A stretch of 64,000 nucleotides of DNA from Octopus bimaculoides (lineage: Eukaryota). Both the position numbers and the translations under genes were made by a program. Location of the stretch: positions 36,162,805-36,226,804 of the forward strand of contig NC_068999.1 of assembly GCF_001194135.2 (NCBI RefSeq). Reading direction: 5' to 3'. This document shows, piece after piece, positions 1-12,223 of the stretch (positions within the stretch are counted from its first letter, which is position 1; each line of letters begins with the position of its first letter). The notes under the pieces were generated by a model, which ran no database searches, was not told the origin of the DNA, and worked only from the letters and a program-made list of their open reading frames with translations.

Positions 1-131
1 AAACAGGCGCATCATTAATGGAGATATTGCTAGTACAGTTTATAATTTTCTCCCTTTTCACAATCATATAACAATATTTTTGCATGTATGTATGTATGCA
101 TGTATGTATGTATGTATGTATGTATGTAAGT

Positions 132-516
132 GTGGAGGCGCAATGGCCCAGTGGTTAGGGCAGCGGACTCGTGGTCATAGAATCGCGGTTTCGATTCCCA
201 GACCGGGCGTTGTGAGTGTTTATTGAGCGAAAACACCTAAAGCTCCACGAGGCAGCGGATGGTGGCGAACCCTGCTGTACTCTTTCGCCACAACTTTCTC
301 TCGCTCTTTCTTCCTGTTTCTGTTGTGCCTATAATTCAAAGGGGTCAGCCTTGTCCCACTGTGTCACGCTGAATATCCCCGAGAACAACGTTAAGGCTAC
401 ACGTATCTGTGGAGTGCTCAGCCACCTGCACGTTAATATCACGAGCAGGCTGTTCCGTTGATCGGATCAACTGGAACCCTCGACGTCGTAAGCGACGGAG
501 TGCCAACAACAACAAC
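132..516 (+). mobile_element. tRNA-derived SINE, type A, full length
   Basis: A box TGGCCCAGTGG (144-154), B box GGTTTCGATTCC (187-198), 3' CGTCG-TAAG-CGACG stem-loop plus (CAA)n tail; 16-bp TSD ATGTATGTATGTAAGT at 116-131 and 517-532; homologous copies at 28254-28633 and 63753-64000. Confidence 0.92.
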
Positions 517-894
517 ATGTATGTATGTAAGTACGTATGTATGTATGTATGTACGTATGTATGCATGTACATATGTATGTATGTACGTATGTATGTATGT
601 ATGTACGTATGTATCTGTGTATATATACAACTGACGCATGCACCAGCAGCAACCCACTTGGTTAAAAAACTGTGTTCATCTGCATTTCTAAGTTGCTCTT
701 AATAAATTTTCTAGGTGGATACAAAAGAGTATTAATCAAGTCCTAGGATCGCTGGTATCGATTAACCTTTTTTCAATTTTGATATATCTAACACACCAGG
801 TATACATCTAAGAAAATAGATCTAAGAAAATAGACTTCTGTACTGAAGTCATATAACTTTACAAATATCTATCGCATTCTCTGTAAAGAAATGA

Positions 895-1120
895 CATGAT
901 ATTTTTTATTCAGTCGTTAGACTGCGGCAATGCCGGGCACTGCCATTTGAAAATTTTTGTTCGACGAATCGACCCCAGTACTTTTTGTTCTTCTTTTTCA
1001 AGTCTGGTAAATTATTCTATAGGCCTCTTGTGCCGAGCCGTTAAATTAGGGTGACATAAATGCACCAACAGCAGTCCTCAAGCGGTATGGTGAGTGACGG
1101 GGTGAGGACAAACAAAACTT
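895..1120 (-). mobile_element. SINE type E, 3' half, diverged
   Basis: Matches the 3' part of the full copies at 6236-6667, 25030-25470 and 48595-49075 (CAGTC.TTAGACTGCGGC...TCGACCCCAGTAC...). Confidence 0.75.
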
Positions 1121-1199
1121 GCGCTTGATTCTCTGGCCGATAACTGATGAGGGTTTGTCGACCTTTTGTGACTGTTTTTCGTTTGTTTGTGCATAGATT

Positions 1200-1530
1200 G
1201 TGATGGCGCGTGGCTTAGTGGTCAGGGCATTCGGCTCATGATCGTAAGGTCGTGAGTTCAATTCCCGGCGACGCGTTGTGTCCTTGAGCAAGACATTTTA
1301 TTACACGTTGCTCCAGTCCACTCAGCTGGCAAAAATGAGTAGTACCTGTATTTCAAAGGGCCGGCCTTGTCACACTCTGTGTCACGCTGAATCTCCCTGA
1401 GAACTACATTAGGGGTACACGTGTCTGAGGAATGCTCAGCCACTTGCACGTTAATTTCACGAGCAAGCTGTTCCGTTGATCGTATAAGCTGGGACCCTCG
1501 TCGTCGTAAGCGACGGACTGCTCCTTATTT
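1200..1530 (+). mobile_element. tRNA-derived CORE-like SINE, type B, full length
   Basis: A box TGGCTTAGTGG (1211-1221), B box GAGTTCAATTCC (1254-1265), CORE-like GTGTCCTTGAGCAAGACA...AAAAATGAG, 3' ~170 nt shared with type A; 14-bp TSD TTTGTGCATAGATT at 1186-1199 and 1531-1544. Confidence 0.9.
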
Positions 1531-1701
1531 TTTGTGCATAGATTACATGCTTTCTACATTTTTTATTTTATGGAATGCCACATACTTTTATTTTGTTTAC
1601 ATTGTTTTTATACTTTCTACGACATCTATTTCTCTCCTTTCTGTTCCTTTCTCTCCCTCTCCCACCTTCTCTCTCCTTTTCACCCTCTCTTCCTCTTTCT
1701 C

Positions 1702-1745
<44 letters not shown>

Positions 1746-2453
1746 GTTCTCCCCTTCCCTCTCTACATTTCCTCTGTACCGGTATTTGCTCCTATCTTTT
1801 GCTTTCGTTCTCCCTGTCCCTCTCTAATTTCTGTGTCCTCTGCCCTCTACCACTTTTCTCTCTCCTACTACTGACACGTGACCTGTGGTCATCGTCCTAT
1901 TTTATTCTCTATTCCTTTTCAGGCAGACGACGGAAGCGACTAGTATTTTCTTTCGTCTCCCACTTTGAACACGTTTTGCTGTCTCTCTGTTGTCCTTTTT
2001 CTAATCCTTTAGGATATTCCTCCTTAGCGTTAACCAAATTTTTGTCTCCTGTCTGGCTCTCAGGCCATATTCTGTTTATTTATTTTAGAAATCAGCCATA
2101 AACTGATAGGTATAGGGTTCGATTCTCTGCAGAGGCTAGCTAGCCACATTCTCTGTCTTCTAAAGGTATTTACTCTATTTTTATACTGTTTTCTCAGCCA
2201 TCCTGCGTACGATATAAATATATATATATATATATACACACATACATATATATATANNNNNNNNNNNNNNNNNNNNNNNNNNNNNNNNNNNNNNNNNNNN
2301 NNNNNNNNNNNNNNNNNNNNNNNNNNNNNNNNNNNNNNNNNNNNNNNNNNNNNNNNNNNNNNNNNNNNNNNNNNNNNNNNNNNNNNNNNNNNNNNNNNNN
2401 NNNNNNNNNNNNNNNNNNNNNNNNNNNNNNNNNNNNNNNNNNNNNNNNNNNNN

Positions 2454-2622
2454 AATATGTGACAATTATTCAGTTGCCATAATAAATCTCCGAGTTTCGC
2501 ATGTCGGGGCGGAAATCTGACAAACAAACAAAAGTGCTATGAAAATGAGCGTTAGACAAAGGGCAATTCAAATAAAGATGACCGTTATTAAGACATAACA
2601 AAAGGGTTATTAGAATGACCGT
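2454..2622 (+). repeat. Unclassified repeat unit, left arm of an inverted pair
   Basis: Reverse complement of 4714-4899, sharing AATATGTGACAATTATTC, GCCATAATAA, CTCCGAGTTTCG.ATGTCGGGGCGGAAA and TATTAGAATGACCG. Confidence 0.8.
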
Positions 2623-3815
2623 TAAATAAAGGGAAAAACCCGAAAGGGGAGAATGTAAATACCGCTCATATAATTCGCGTATGCGTGCATATACATACAT
2701 ACACATGCCCGCAAGCACACCCATGTACATGTGCATATATGCATATGCTCACTCAAACACGCGTGAAACACATACATGCACACCCACACACACACACACC
2801 TATATGGATACATATATATGCAACCATACACATGTAGACATATACATATTCATTCTTTTACTGTCATACTATTAGTATTAGTATATATNNNNNNNNNNNN
2901 NNNNNNNNNNNNNNNNNNNNNNNNNNNNNNNNNNNNNNNNNNNNNNNNNNNNNNNNNNNNNNNNNNNNNNNNNNNNNNNNNNNNNNNNNNNNNNNNNNNN
3001 NNNNNNNNNNNNNNNNNNNNNNNNNNNNNNNNNNNNNNNNNNNNNNNNNNNNNNNNNNNNNNNNNNNNNNNNNNNNNNNNNNNNNNNNNNNNNNNNNNNN
3101 NNNNNNNNNNNNNNNNNNNNNNNNNNNNNNNNNNNNNNNNNNNNNNNNNNNNNNNNNNNNNNNNNNNNNNNNNNNNNNNNNNNNNNNNNNNNNNNNNNNN
3201 NNNNNNNNNNNNNNNNNNNNNNNNNNNNNNNNNNNNNNNNNNNNNNNNNNNNNNNNNNNNNNNNNNNNNNNNNNNNNNNNNNNNNNNNNNNNNNNNNNNN
3301 NNNNNNNNNNNNNNNNNNNNNNNNNNNNNNNNNNNNNNNNNNNNNNNNNNNNNNNNNNNNNNNNNNNNNNNNNNNNNNNNNNNNNNNNNNNNNNNNNNNN
3401 NNNNNNNNNNNNNNNNNNNNNNNNNNNNNNNNNNNNNNNNNNNNNNNNNNNNNNNNNNNNNNNNNNNNNNNNNNNNNNNNNNNNNNNNNNNNNNNNNNNN
3501 NNNNNNNNNNNNNNNNNNNNNNNNNNNNNNNNNNNNNNNNNNNNNNNNNNNNNNNNNNNNNNNNNNNNNNNNNNNNNNNNNNNNNNNNNNNNNNNNNNNN
3601 NNNNNNNNNNNNNNNNNNNNNNNNNNNNNNNNNNNNNNNNNNNNNNNNNNNNNNNNNNNNNNNNNNNNNNNNNNNNNNNNNNNNNNNNNNNNNNNNNNNN
3701 NNNNNNNNNNNNNNNNNNNNNNNNNNNNNNNNNNNNNNNNNNNNNNNNNNNNNNNNNNNNNNNNNNNNNNNNNNNNNNNNNNNNNNNNNNNNNNNNNNNT
3801 ATATATACGTGTGTG

Positions 3816-3846
<31 letters not shown>

Positions 3847-4126
3847 GTGAGAGAGACAAGGAAAATGAGAAGGAGAAAGGAAGCGTGAAAATTAACTAGC
3901 TTCGTAGAAAAATGAGTAATGAGTAAATTAGATATATGAAGATGTTGCAAAATGAAAGACAGAGAGGTAGAAAGAGATAGAAAGAGGAAGGAGTACAAAT
4001 TGAAGTATATTGATGTGTAAATTATGTCATCGAAAGTTTTCAGTTTGCTCCTTCCAAACATGAAATCGATAAATCGTATATTTGAAAATGCTTTACTCTA
4101 GTAGTTCAGATGGAATGTCTATATAA

Positions 4127-4158
4127 TAATGATGATGATGATGATGATGATGATTATA

Positions 4159-4245
<87 letters not shown>

Positions 4246-4258
4246 GTAATAATAATAA
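4127..4258. repeat. Compound (ATG)n(ATA)n microsatellite
   Basis: Direct reading. Confidence 0.95.
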
Positions 4259-4713
4259 AAACAATGGTAAATAAAATTTTACACAAGATTATTGGCGGAA
4301 GAAATCAGCAATAACATTAATGATAATAACAACAACAACAAAAACATCAGGAAAAATAATGAGGAGGAGAAGGAGAATGGTAATGAGGAGATAGAGGAGG
4401 AGAAGGGGAGCAACAGAATACCATTATTTTCCTTTGGGTTTTCTTAAAAATTTATTGAAGATATCAGAATTTTTAAAAAATCTTTTTGAAAATTTTATAT
4501 GCGAGTGTTTGTGTGTTTGTGTGTTTGTGTGTGTGTAAGTGTGTATCTTTTAAGTTGAGTATGTGTACGCACGTGCATTGAGAGAGAAAGGGAGAAAGAG
4601 AAAGGGTGAGGGGTCTCAGTGTTGTGCTCTTGTTACTACGCAGACCGAAACCTAAGAAAGTGAAGAGTGAGGGGAGGGAGTGAAGGTAAGGGAGTAAAAA
4701 TTTCCTCACCTAG

Positions 4714-4899
4714 CGGTCATTCTAATAGCACTTTTGTCTTCATAACGGTCAATCACACAGTAATTTCCCTTTGTTTAAGGGTTATTTTCATAGCGTTTGT
4801 TTCGATGGCCAGACAACTGAAGAGATAGCGGCGTGGGTTTCCGCCCCGACATTCGAAACTCGGAGTCTTATTATGGCTTCCGAATAATTGTCACATATT
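4714..4899 (-). repeat. Unclassified repeat unit, right arm of an inverted pair
   Basis: See 2454-2622; this arm carries an extra ~20 nt and is followed by (TA)n(TG)n. Confidence 0.8.
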
Positions 4900-4907
4900 A
4901 TTTACAG

Positions 4908-4942
<35 letters not shown>

Positions 4943-5824
4943 CGTGCGTGCGTGTGTGTGTGCATATGTGTGTGCGTGTGTGTGTGTGCGTGCGTGTGTA
5001 ACATGATTCCACGCATCCATTTCCAAGTTATATATATATGTGTATGTGTGTGTGTATGTAAGTATGTATGTATATCTATATATTTATATATACACCCACA
5101 CGTATGTATCACATGTCTATATGTACGTACTTATGCATGCATGTATGTTAAATTCCGCTCGAGCGAAACTATATATATTGCATATTCAAAGCAAATACAA
5201 TTTAGCAAAATCAAAATTTCATGTTTATTGTTTATTGTTAATCTTAATTTGCTTTTAACTTTCGTTCACGTTTATCATACAAGCAAACATATACATATTT
5301 TTGTAAGCGTGTGTGCGTGCGCGCATGCCGGAGTGTATGTGTATGTATGTGTGTGTATGTATGTGTGTGTAAGTCTCTGAGTACGTGTATGAGTCTGTGT
5401 GTGTGTTCTTTCAACCTTAGATTTTAATATTAGTGTTTCGTGAACCCTGATTCAAAACATTGGTGTTTATTTCTCATTAGCTAACGTTTCCGTTTCAAAT
5501 ATTGAATAATTTTACATTGCATGTTGTTTCCGATAATGTTCTTTTTTAATTGTCTCTCTTATTATATGCATGTGCATATAGTGCGCATGCGCATTGATTT
5601 GTGATTGTAATTACGAGTATGTTTTTTTTCTGTTTCGGTATTGAGAACTTCTTGTCTTTTTTTTTTTTACCTTTACTGCTTGAGAAGCTTGTTTATTTCG
5701 AAATAAAATTAGTGAATCGCCGGAGAGAAATCACCAGAGGCTTTTCAGAAGCATTTAGATCTTTTGTTTTAATGACAAATAATACAGCTGGAGATGCTAC
5801 TTAAATAGTTATATGGAAAGACAA

Positions 5825-5990
5825 GAGACTTGTTAGAAACTGTACCTGCTAAATATAGCACCCAAATCTTTCTCAAATCACAAGCAAATGTTTTAATGCA
5901 GGGAAGAACATTGGATAATATCGTCGTATATAGAGACAAAGGCGAGACGGTCACAGCTAGAACACGACTGATCATAGTTCAGAATCAGCA
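5825..5990 (+). mobile_element. Old SINE-like repeat, type F, 3' portion
   Basis: CTGCTAAA.ATAG...CTCAAAT.ACA...GGTCACAGCT.GAA...GATCATAG block also seen at 7325-7503, 49830-49900 and 53490-53800. Confidence 0.55.
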
Positions 5991-6235
5991 TTGTTTTGCT
6001 GATGATTATAATTGATAAAATACAAATGATAGTACGCGATTGCATGTACATTTTCGGGATCCAGTTATGTCTGTCGCACCATCTTGAAAGAAAATATCGG
6101 AAAATGTAGTTCAGGCTGTTTCATTGTCGAATTTTAGTTGGCAAGATTCTTGGTGTCAACGTATGTGTTGAAACAGATTTTGCTGTATCCCGGTTGGGTC
6201 ATTATGCCAATGATAGACACACACTGATTTTATTT

Positions 6236-6667
6236 CACTTCTGTTATATTTTACTTGTTTCCGTCATTAGACTGCACACATGCCGGGGTACACCTTGAAG
6301 TGTTTTATTCGAATGAATAGACTCCCCCAAAAATATAATCCTGTTACTCATTCTTATGGTCTCTTTGGCCGAACAGCTAAGTTACAGAGACGTAAACACA
6401 CCAACACTGGTTGTCAAGGAGTGGTCGGGGATAAACACAAACACCATGATACCCACGCACAAACAAACACACATGCACACACACATACGCACATATACGA
6501 CTGGTTTCTATCCAGTTTCCGTCTAGAGAATCTACTCAGAAGGCTTTGATCAGGCCGAGACCATAGTAGAAGACATTTGCCCAAAGTGCCATGCAACGGA
6601 ACTGATTTCAGAGCCATGCGGTTGGGAAGAAAGCTTTTTACCACAAAATTTTCAAGGCCTGTGCCTA
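6236..6667 (-). mobile_element. SINE type E, near full length, with internal (CA)n
   Basis: Minus strand: tRNA head, CORE-like GCACTTTGGGCAAATGTCTTCT, internal microsatellite, 3' part shared with other E copies. Confidence 0.85.
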
Positions 6668-7023
6668 CTATTGTTTATTATCCGTTAATTGGTTAACTAT
6701 CTAACCAATTAACTAATCGATTGTTAAAATGAGTTATTTGATTAATCAACCAGTCAGTTATATCTGTCAAAGACCACTCGTCTGTCTGGTCCGAAAGGTG
6801 ATTTGGAGTCGACAGGATATGTCATTGTGGTGACTGCGAACAGCGACGAATGGACTTTGTGAAACAAGTCTGAGTGATTGACCGAATGATTAATCGATTC
6901 ATCAATTAGTTATTTGGTTAAATATTTAAAATATTGAAGAATAATACACAAATGTGGTTTTATCATTAAAACAGCATTTGATAATGTGAGAGTCAGAAAT
7001 TCTTTGATCATAGACCTAGTATT

Positions 7024-7256
7024 TATTTCTTTATTGCCCACAAGGAGCTAAACATAGAGGGGACAAACAAGGACAGACAAAGGGTTTAAGTTGATTACAT
7101 CGACCCCAGTGCGTGACTGGTACTTATTTAATCGACCCCGAAAGTATGAAAGGCATAGTTGACCTCGGCGGAATTTCAACTCAGAAAGTACCGTCAGACG
7201 AAATACCGCTAAGCATTTCGCCCGGCGTGTTAACGTTTCTGCCAGCTCGCCGCTTT
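7024..7256 (-). mobile_element. SINE type D with tail 1
   Basis: Minus strand AAAGCGGCGAGCTGGCAGAAACG head, CTTTCGGGGTCGATTAAATAAGTACCAG central block, tail ...GTGGGCAATAAAGAAATAA; putative 11-bp TSD GACCTAGTATT at 7013-7023 and 7262-7272. Confidence 0.9.
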
Positions 7257-7324
7257 AGGATGACCTAGTATTAAACAACATCAACAACAAATCAGAGCCC
7301 GCAAGCAAATGATGAAGTCGTTAC

Positions 7325-7503
7325 ATGGAAGTTAGTTCTGCTAAAAATAGTTACGAAATATCTCTCAAATTACACCCAATTATCTTATAGTCAGAGTTAG
7401 CAACTACTTAGAAATGGGACGAGACGATGGAACAGTCACAGCTGAAATTATTATAGCCATAGGCTTGTTGGAAAGGGGATGGCCAACAGTTAAACAACAA
7501 CAA
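7325..7503 (+). mobile_element. Type F repeat ending in (AAC)n
   Basis: Similarity to other F copies; AAACAACAACAAC tail. Confidence 0.55.
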
Positions 7504-7537
7504 CGTCAATCGACGTGAGATCCTCTATGCATTTATC

Positions 7538-7640
7538 GTTGTTGTTGTTGTTGTTGTTGTTGTCCTTTAGCCCCAGGTCAGCATTGCTTTATCAAACGCG
7601 TTATGAAAGATACTGCAACACTGAGAATCCAGTCTGTTTT
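7538..7640 (-). mobile_element. Type F repeat 3' end in opposite orientation
   Basis: (GTT)n followed by TTTAGCCCCAGGTCAGC, the reverse complement of the F tail. Confidence 0.5.
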
Positions 7641-7887
7641 GTACATGATGTATCAACGACAACATTGCTGAATGTTTTTCCTTTTCGTAAAAAAAAACAA
7701 TAGGATGTATTTCGCTGGTTGTTTTGGGCAAATGCAGTGGCCATAAAAAAAAAGGTTCCATTGTCGTTGTTAGTAGTGTAAAAAGACAAAGTAGAAATTT
7801 GAAGACGATGGAAACAAGGGAAGGTTTAGAGTCACAGGGACATCAATGTGCACTGTCACGTGATTAGGTTTAAAGGTGCCGAAGGGG

Positions 7888-8029
7888 AAGAAGAAGAAGA
7901 AGAAGAAGAAGAAGAAGAAGAAGAAGAAGAAGAAGAAGAAGACGATGGTGCTGGTGATGATGATGATGAGGGAAGAAGAAGAAGAAGAAGAAGAAGAAGA
8001 AGAAGAAGAAGAAGAAGAAGAAGAAGAAG

Positions 8030-8075
<46 letters not shown>
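7888..8075. repeat. Compound (GAA)n-(GAT)n-(GAA)n-(CAA)n microsatellite
   Basis: Direct reading. Confidence 0.95.
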
Positions 8076-8076
<1 letters not shown>

Positions 8077-8545
8077 AAATTAGTCNNNNNNNNNNNNNNN
8101 NNNNNNNNNNNNNNNNNNNNNNNNNNNNNNNNNNNNNNNNNNNNNNNNNNNNNNNNNNNNNNNNNNNNNNNNNNNNNNNNNNNNNNNNNNNNNNNNNNNN
8201 NNNNNNNNNNNNNNNNNNNNNNNNNNNNNNNNNNNNNNNNNNNNNNNNNNNNNNNNNNNNNNNNNNNNNNNNNNNNNNNNNNNNNNNNNNNNNNNNNNNN
8301 NNNNNNNNNNNNNNNNNNNNNNNNNNNNNNNNNNNNNNNNNNNNNNNNNNNNNNNNNNNNNNNNNNNNNNNNNNNNNNNNNNNNNNNNNNNNNNNNNNNN
8401 NNNNNNNNNNNNNNNNNNNNNNNNNNNNNNNNNNNNNNNNNNNNNNNNNNNNNNNNNNNNNNNNNNNNNNNNNNNNNNNNNNNNNNNNNNNNNNNNNNNN
8501 NNNNNNNNNNNNNNNNNNNNNNNNNNNNNNNNNNNNNNNNNNNNN

Positions 8546-8598
<53 letters not shown>

Positions 8599-9399
8599 CG
8601 TACATACATAATGAGGGAGGGTAGGAAGGGCAGGTGGGCGTTTAATGTGCTTTTGGCATATAAGTCGTAGAATTTAGAGCCATTAGTAGCATAGATCTTA
8701 CATGGGTCAGTAGACACGGTCAGCCTCGGTCGAGTAACTTGTTGTATAGTGAAAATATGCATTCAGGTGTTATATATCATACACGTATACATAGAAACAT
8801 AAACGCGCGTGTGTATGTATGAGTGTGAGTGGGGGGATGGGCTGTTGCGATGCACATGAATACAGGTACATACATGTGATAAATATACATAATTCGTACT
8901 TGTATATTTGGGAATATGTTATGCATATGAATATGCATAACATATATATAAATACATACACACAAAGAAACACGCACAAATATATATATACGTATATATA
9001 TACATATATACATATCTGTATACATATATATATATGTATACACACACATATACATATGTTTGTATATATGCATATATACACATGTATATATATATATATA
9101 TATATAAATAGATATGCTTATATATGTATATGTATATGTAAGTGTGTGTATGTATGTATGTATAAATATTTTATATATATATAACCATGTTTCCATACTT
9201 ATATATAGATATGCTTATACATGTATATTTATATGATTATATTCATCAATGTGCATATATAAGGATATGTATATATATATGTGTGTGTGTGTGTGTGCGC
9301 GCGCGCATATATGCACATGGATACGTATATCTATTTTTGTAATAGAAGTGGAAAAGTAGTAAGCGGCACAATAGTAACAGTACAGGAACAGTAACGCCA

Positions 9400-9401
<2 letters not shown>

Positions 9402-9450
<49 letters not shown>

Positions 9451-9529
9451 CAGCAGCAGCGGCAGCAGCAGCGGCAGCAGCAGCGGCAGCAGCAGCGGCA
9501 GCAGCAGCGGCAGCAGCAGTAGTAGCAGC

Positions 9530-9573
<44 letters not shown>

Positions 9574-9665
9574 AAGAAGAAGGAGGAGGAGGAGGAGGAG
9601 AAGAAGAAGAAGAAGAAGATTAAGAATAAGAAGAAGAAGAAGATGAAGAAGAAGAAGAAGAAGAA
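9402..9665. repeat. Compound (GTA)(GCA)(GTA)(GAA)(GGA)(GAA) microsatellite
   Basis: Direct reading; includes a GCAGCAGCAGCG 12-mer higher-order repeat. Confidence 0.95.
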
Positions 9666-11992
9666 NNNNNNNNNNNNNNNNNNNNNNNNNNNNNNNNNNN
9701 NNNNNNNNNNNNNNNNNNNNNNNNNNNNNNNNNNNNNNNNNNNNNNNNNNNNNNNNNNNNNNNNNNNNNNNNNNNNNNNNNNNNNNNNNNNNNNNNNNNN
9801 NNNNNNNNNNNNNNNNNNNNNNNNNNNNNNNNNNNNNNNNNNNNNNNNNNNNNNNNNNNNNNNNNNNNNNNNNNNNNNNNNNNNNNNNNNNNNNNNNNNN
9901 NNNNNNNNNNNNNNNNNNNNNNNNNNNNNNNNNNNNNNNNNNNNNNNNNNNNNNNNNNNNNNNNNNNNNNNNNNNNNNNNNNNNNNNNNNNNNNNNNNNN
10001 NNNATATATTAGCATTTATACATATATATTTATATTTATCTATCTATCTATCTATCTATATATGTGTGTGTGTGTGTGTCTCTGTGTGTGCGTGTGCGTG
10101 TCTGTGTGTGTGTGTATGTATATGTATATAGCTACACAGACGCACGCACATTCATACACACACCCAAACACACACACATATCACTGCATACATATATATT
10201 TATGTGTGCATGCAAAATGTGTGTAGGGTAATATCCTAACACAGGTTAGCATTACGTAGGAAGATAGATGATTGAACATCTTTTTATGTAAGTATGTACA
10301 ATATGTGTGTGTATGTATGTGTTCGTGTCTGTGTATTTATTGGTATATGGGTATATGCACTCGGTTTTATGAAGCCCCATACATGAGTATATACACAGGT
10401 TTAAAATACTTTAGATATTATTGCAAGTAACCGTACTAGCAACCGTATATTAGAAATACGTATAAAGACACAGTCCACAAACTTTATACCTTCCCAAAGG
10501 AAAAGTAATCATATAATACCAAGAACAATTATACACCGGTTATAAACGTTTCACCCAATATGTTGTATCCTCCGTCTCCAATGTCCTGGTACTGCCACGG
10601 ATGGTTTAGATACACTGTACCAGTGTAGTGAGACTAAACAGGATAACGATGCAGTCGTAACAACAATGTAACGATCCAACAATCTCTTCACGAACCAACA
10701 ATCAATATTCCAAACGACTAACCAACCAACACCTTCTGACTTCACTGCGAACTCAACACAAACTTTACTCCGACGGCTACAATCTCGCAAGGGGACGTTG
10801 TGACTCTCATCACAACATTTCCCCTTTTGAAATTTCGACTTCCGTAAGAAGTGAAATTTATTTTATTTTTTATTTTTTCAGCACCTCTCCCTCTCTCTGT
10901 TTCTTGCTTTTCTTAAATTTCGTTTTCGCATTATTTCTAAATGTACTGTCTGTTTCCTTTTTCTACTGTTGCTTCTACGGGGTTCAATCTCTTTCGGCGT
11001 TGGCACTTCAAACATGTCAGAGAGACTTACAATTGGTATTTCCTTTCATCTTTCACCAATAAAGTGAAGATGTATAGGTTTTCTTTGTGTATCTTCTACG
11101 TTTTCATAAAAATTTGTAGTTGTGCGTGACAGCCGATTCGTTGTTTAATGACAGCCGTCAAGGATGACTTAATGAATTTCTATCACATTTTCTGATGTTT
11201 TACTAGTAATTGGGTGCACTCAAAGCTCTTTCGAACCATGCATTTACTTCACACGCACACATACAAATACACTTGGACAAAGAGGTAAATCGATAGCATA
11301 GCAATGCAAATCAAATCACCCGATTGATTTAATTACGTCATTCTCTACGTAAGTCTCAGTCTTATTGTACAGATGGTTATAACGCAGTGTGTTGTGTTAA
11401 AGCATCTAACATCACATCCTCTGAAGAGAGGATAATCAAATGATATGCAACATATCACACAATGTATTTATATTAGTAAAAGAAATTGTTAAGTAATGGA
11501 ACACACACAAACAATTAAAAGTATTTTTAAATACACAAAAGCGACGTACAGTCAGTAAATAATAGACTGAAGGTGTATATACGCCTTGAGTTTATGATTT
11601 GTTTCAATTTATTAGGAATGACTTGACACCTTCTCCATTGGTAGCAAGTTCAATCTCACAGTTTGTACCAGGTACCAACGGCTTGTTTTCGAAATCACTT
11701 TCCACTAAGCTTGACTGAGGCCCCCCGCGACGAGTGAGTTCCACCCAATGCAGTCGCAAGCCCTGCAACAAGCCTGCTCCCATGCCAGGGTCATATATGC
11801 AGCATTCTTTTCCATAGATCTTCTACGCATGCGCTTCTGGTTTCCAATCGGGAGAATCTCACTTTCGTGAACATGCGTAGCACGTGTGACCGAGCATCTG
11901 CCACCGTCTCATGGTTTACCGCAAGTTATTCAAGCTGCAATTTCCTTAGACTTCTTCACCCGTGAAGTAGTTACGCCAAGAAATTCTTAAAA

Positions 11993-12207
11993 CAGTAATC
12001 CCTTGCCATATCGCTGTTCACCTATCGCGGTTCACCTATCGCGGTTTATTATTTAATCTTACGTCGATTCCTCCGTGGTGTTGTTTTGCATTTATAAGAA
12101 AATAAATATATACAAATTATAAAAATGATTTTTTTTTAAATTCGCGGAATTTCAACTATCGCGCGGATTTTTGGAACGTAACACTCGCGATAGTCAAGGG
12201 ATTACTG
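11993..12207. mobile_element. pogo/Tigger-type MITE (215 bp)
   Basis: TIRs CAGTAATCCCTTGCCATATCGC (11993-) and GCGATAGTCAAGGGATTACTG (-12207); TA at 12208-12209, left flank reads AA; internal duplication GTTCACCTATCGCG x2. Confidence 0.85.
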
Positions 12208-12223
12208 TATATCTTAACGTACT

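Noticed and set aside
134-205. Apparent tRNA genes at SINE 5' ends
   Set aside because: They continue into repeated SINE bodies with TSDs and lack a complete acceptor stem or terminator.
7848-8085. PolyE/polyK/polyQ protein-like ORFs, also at 42358-42567 and 9399-9623
   Set aside because: Pure trinucleotide repeats with no flanking coding complexity or splice context.
10540-10800. Non-repetitive 79-aa minus-strand ORF
   Set aside because: No recognisable domain, non-ATG start and no convincing splice sites.
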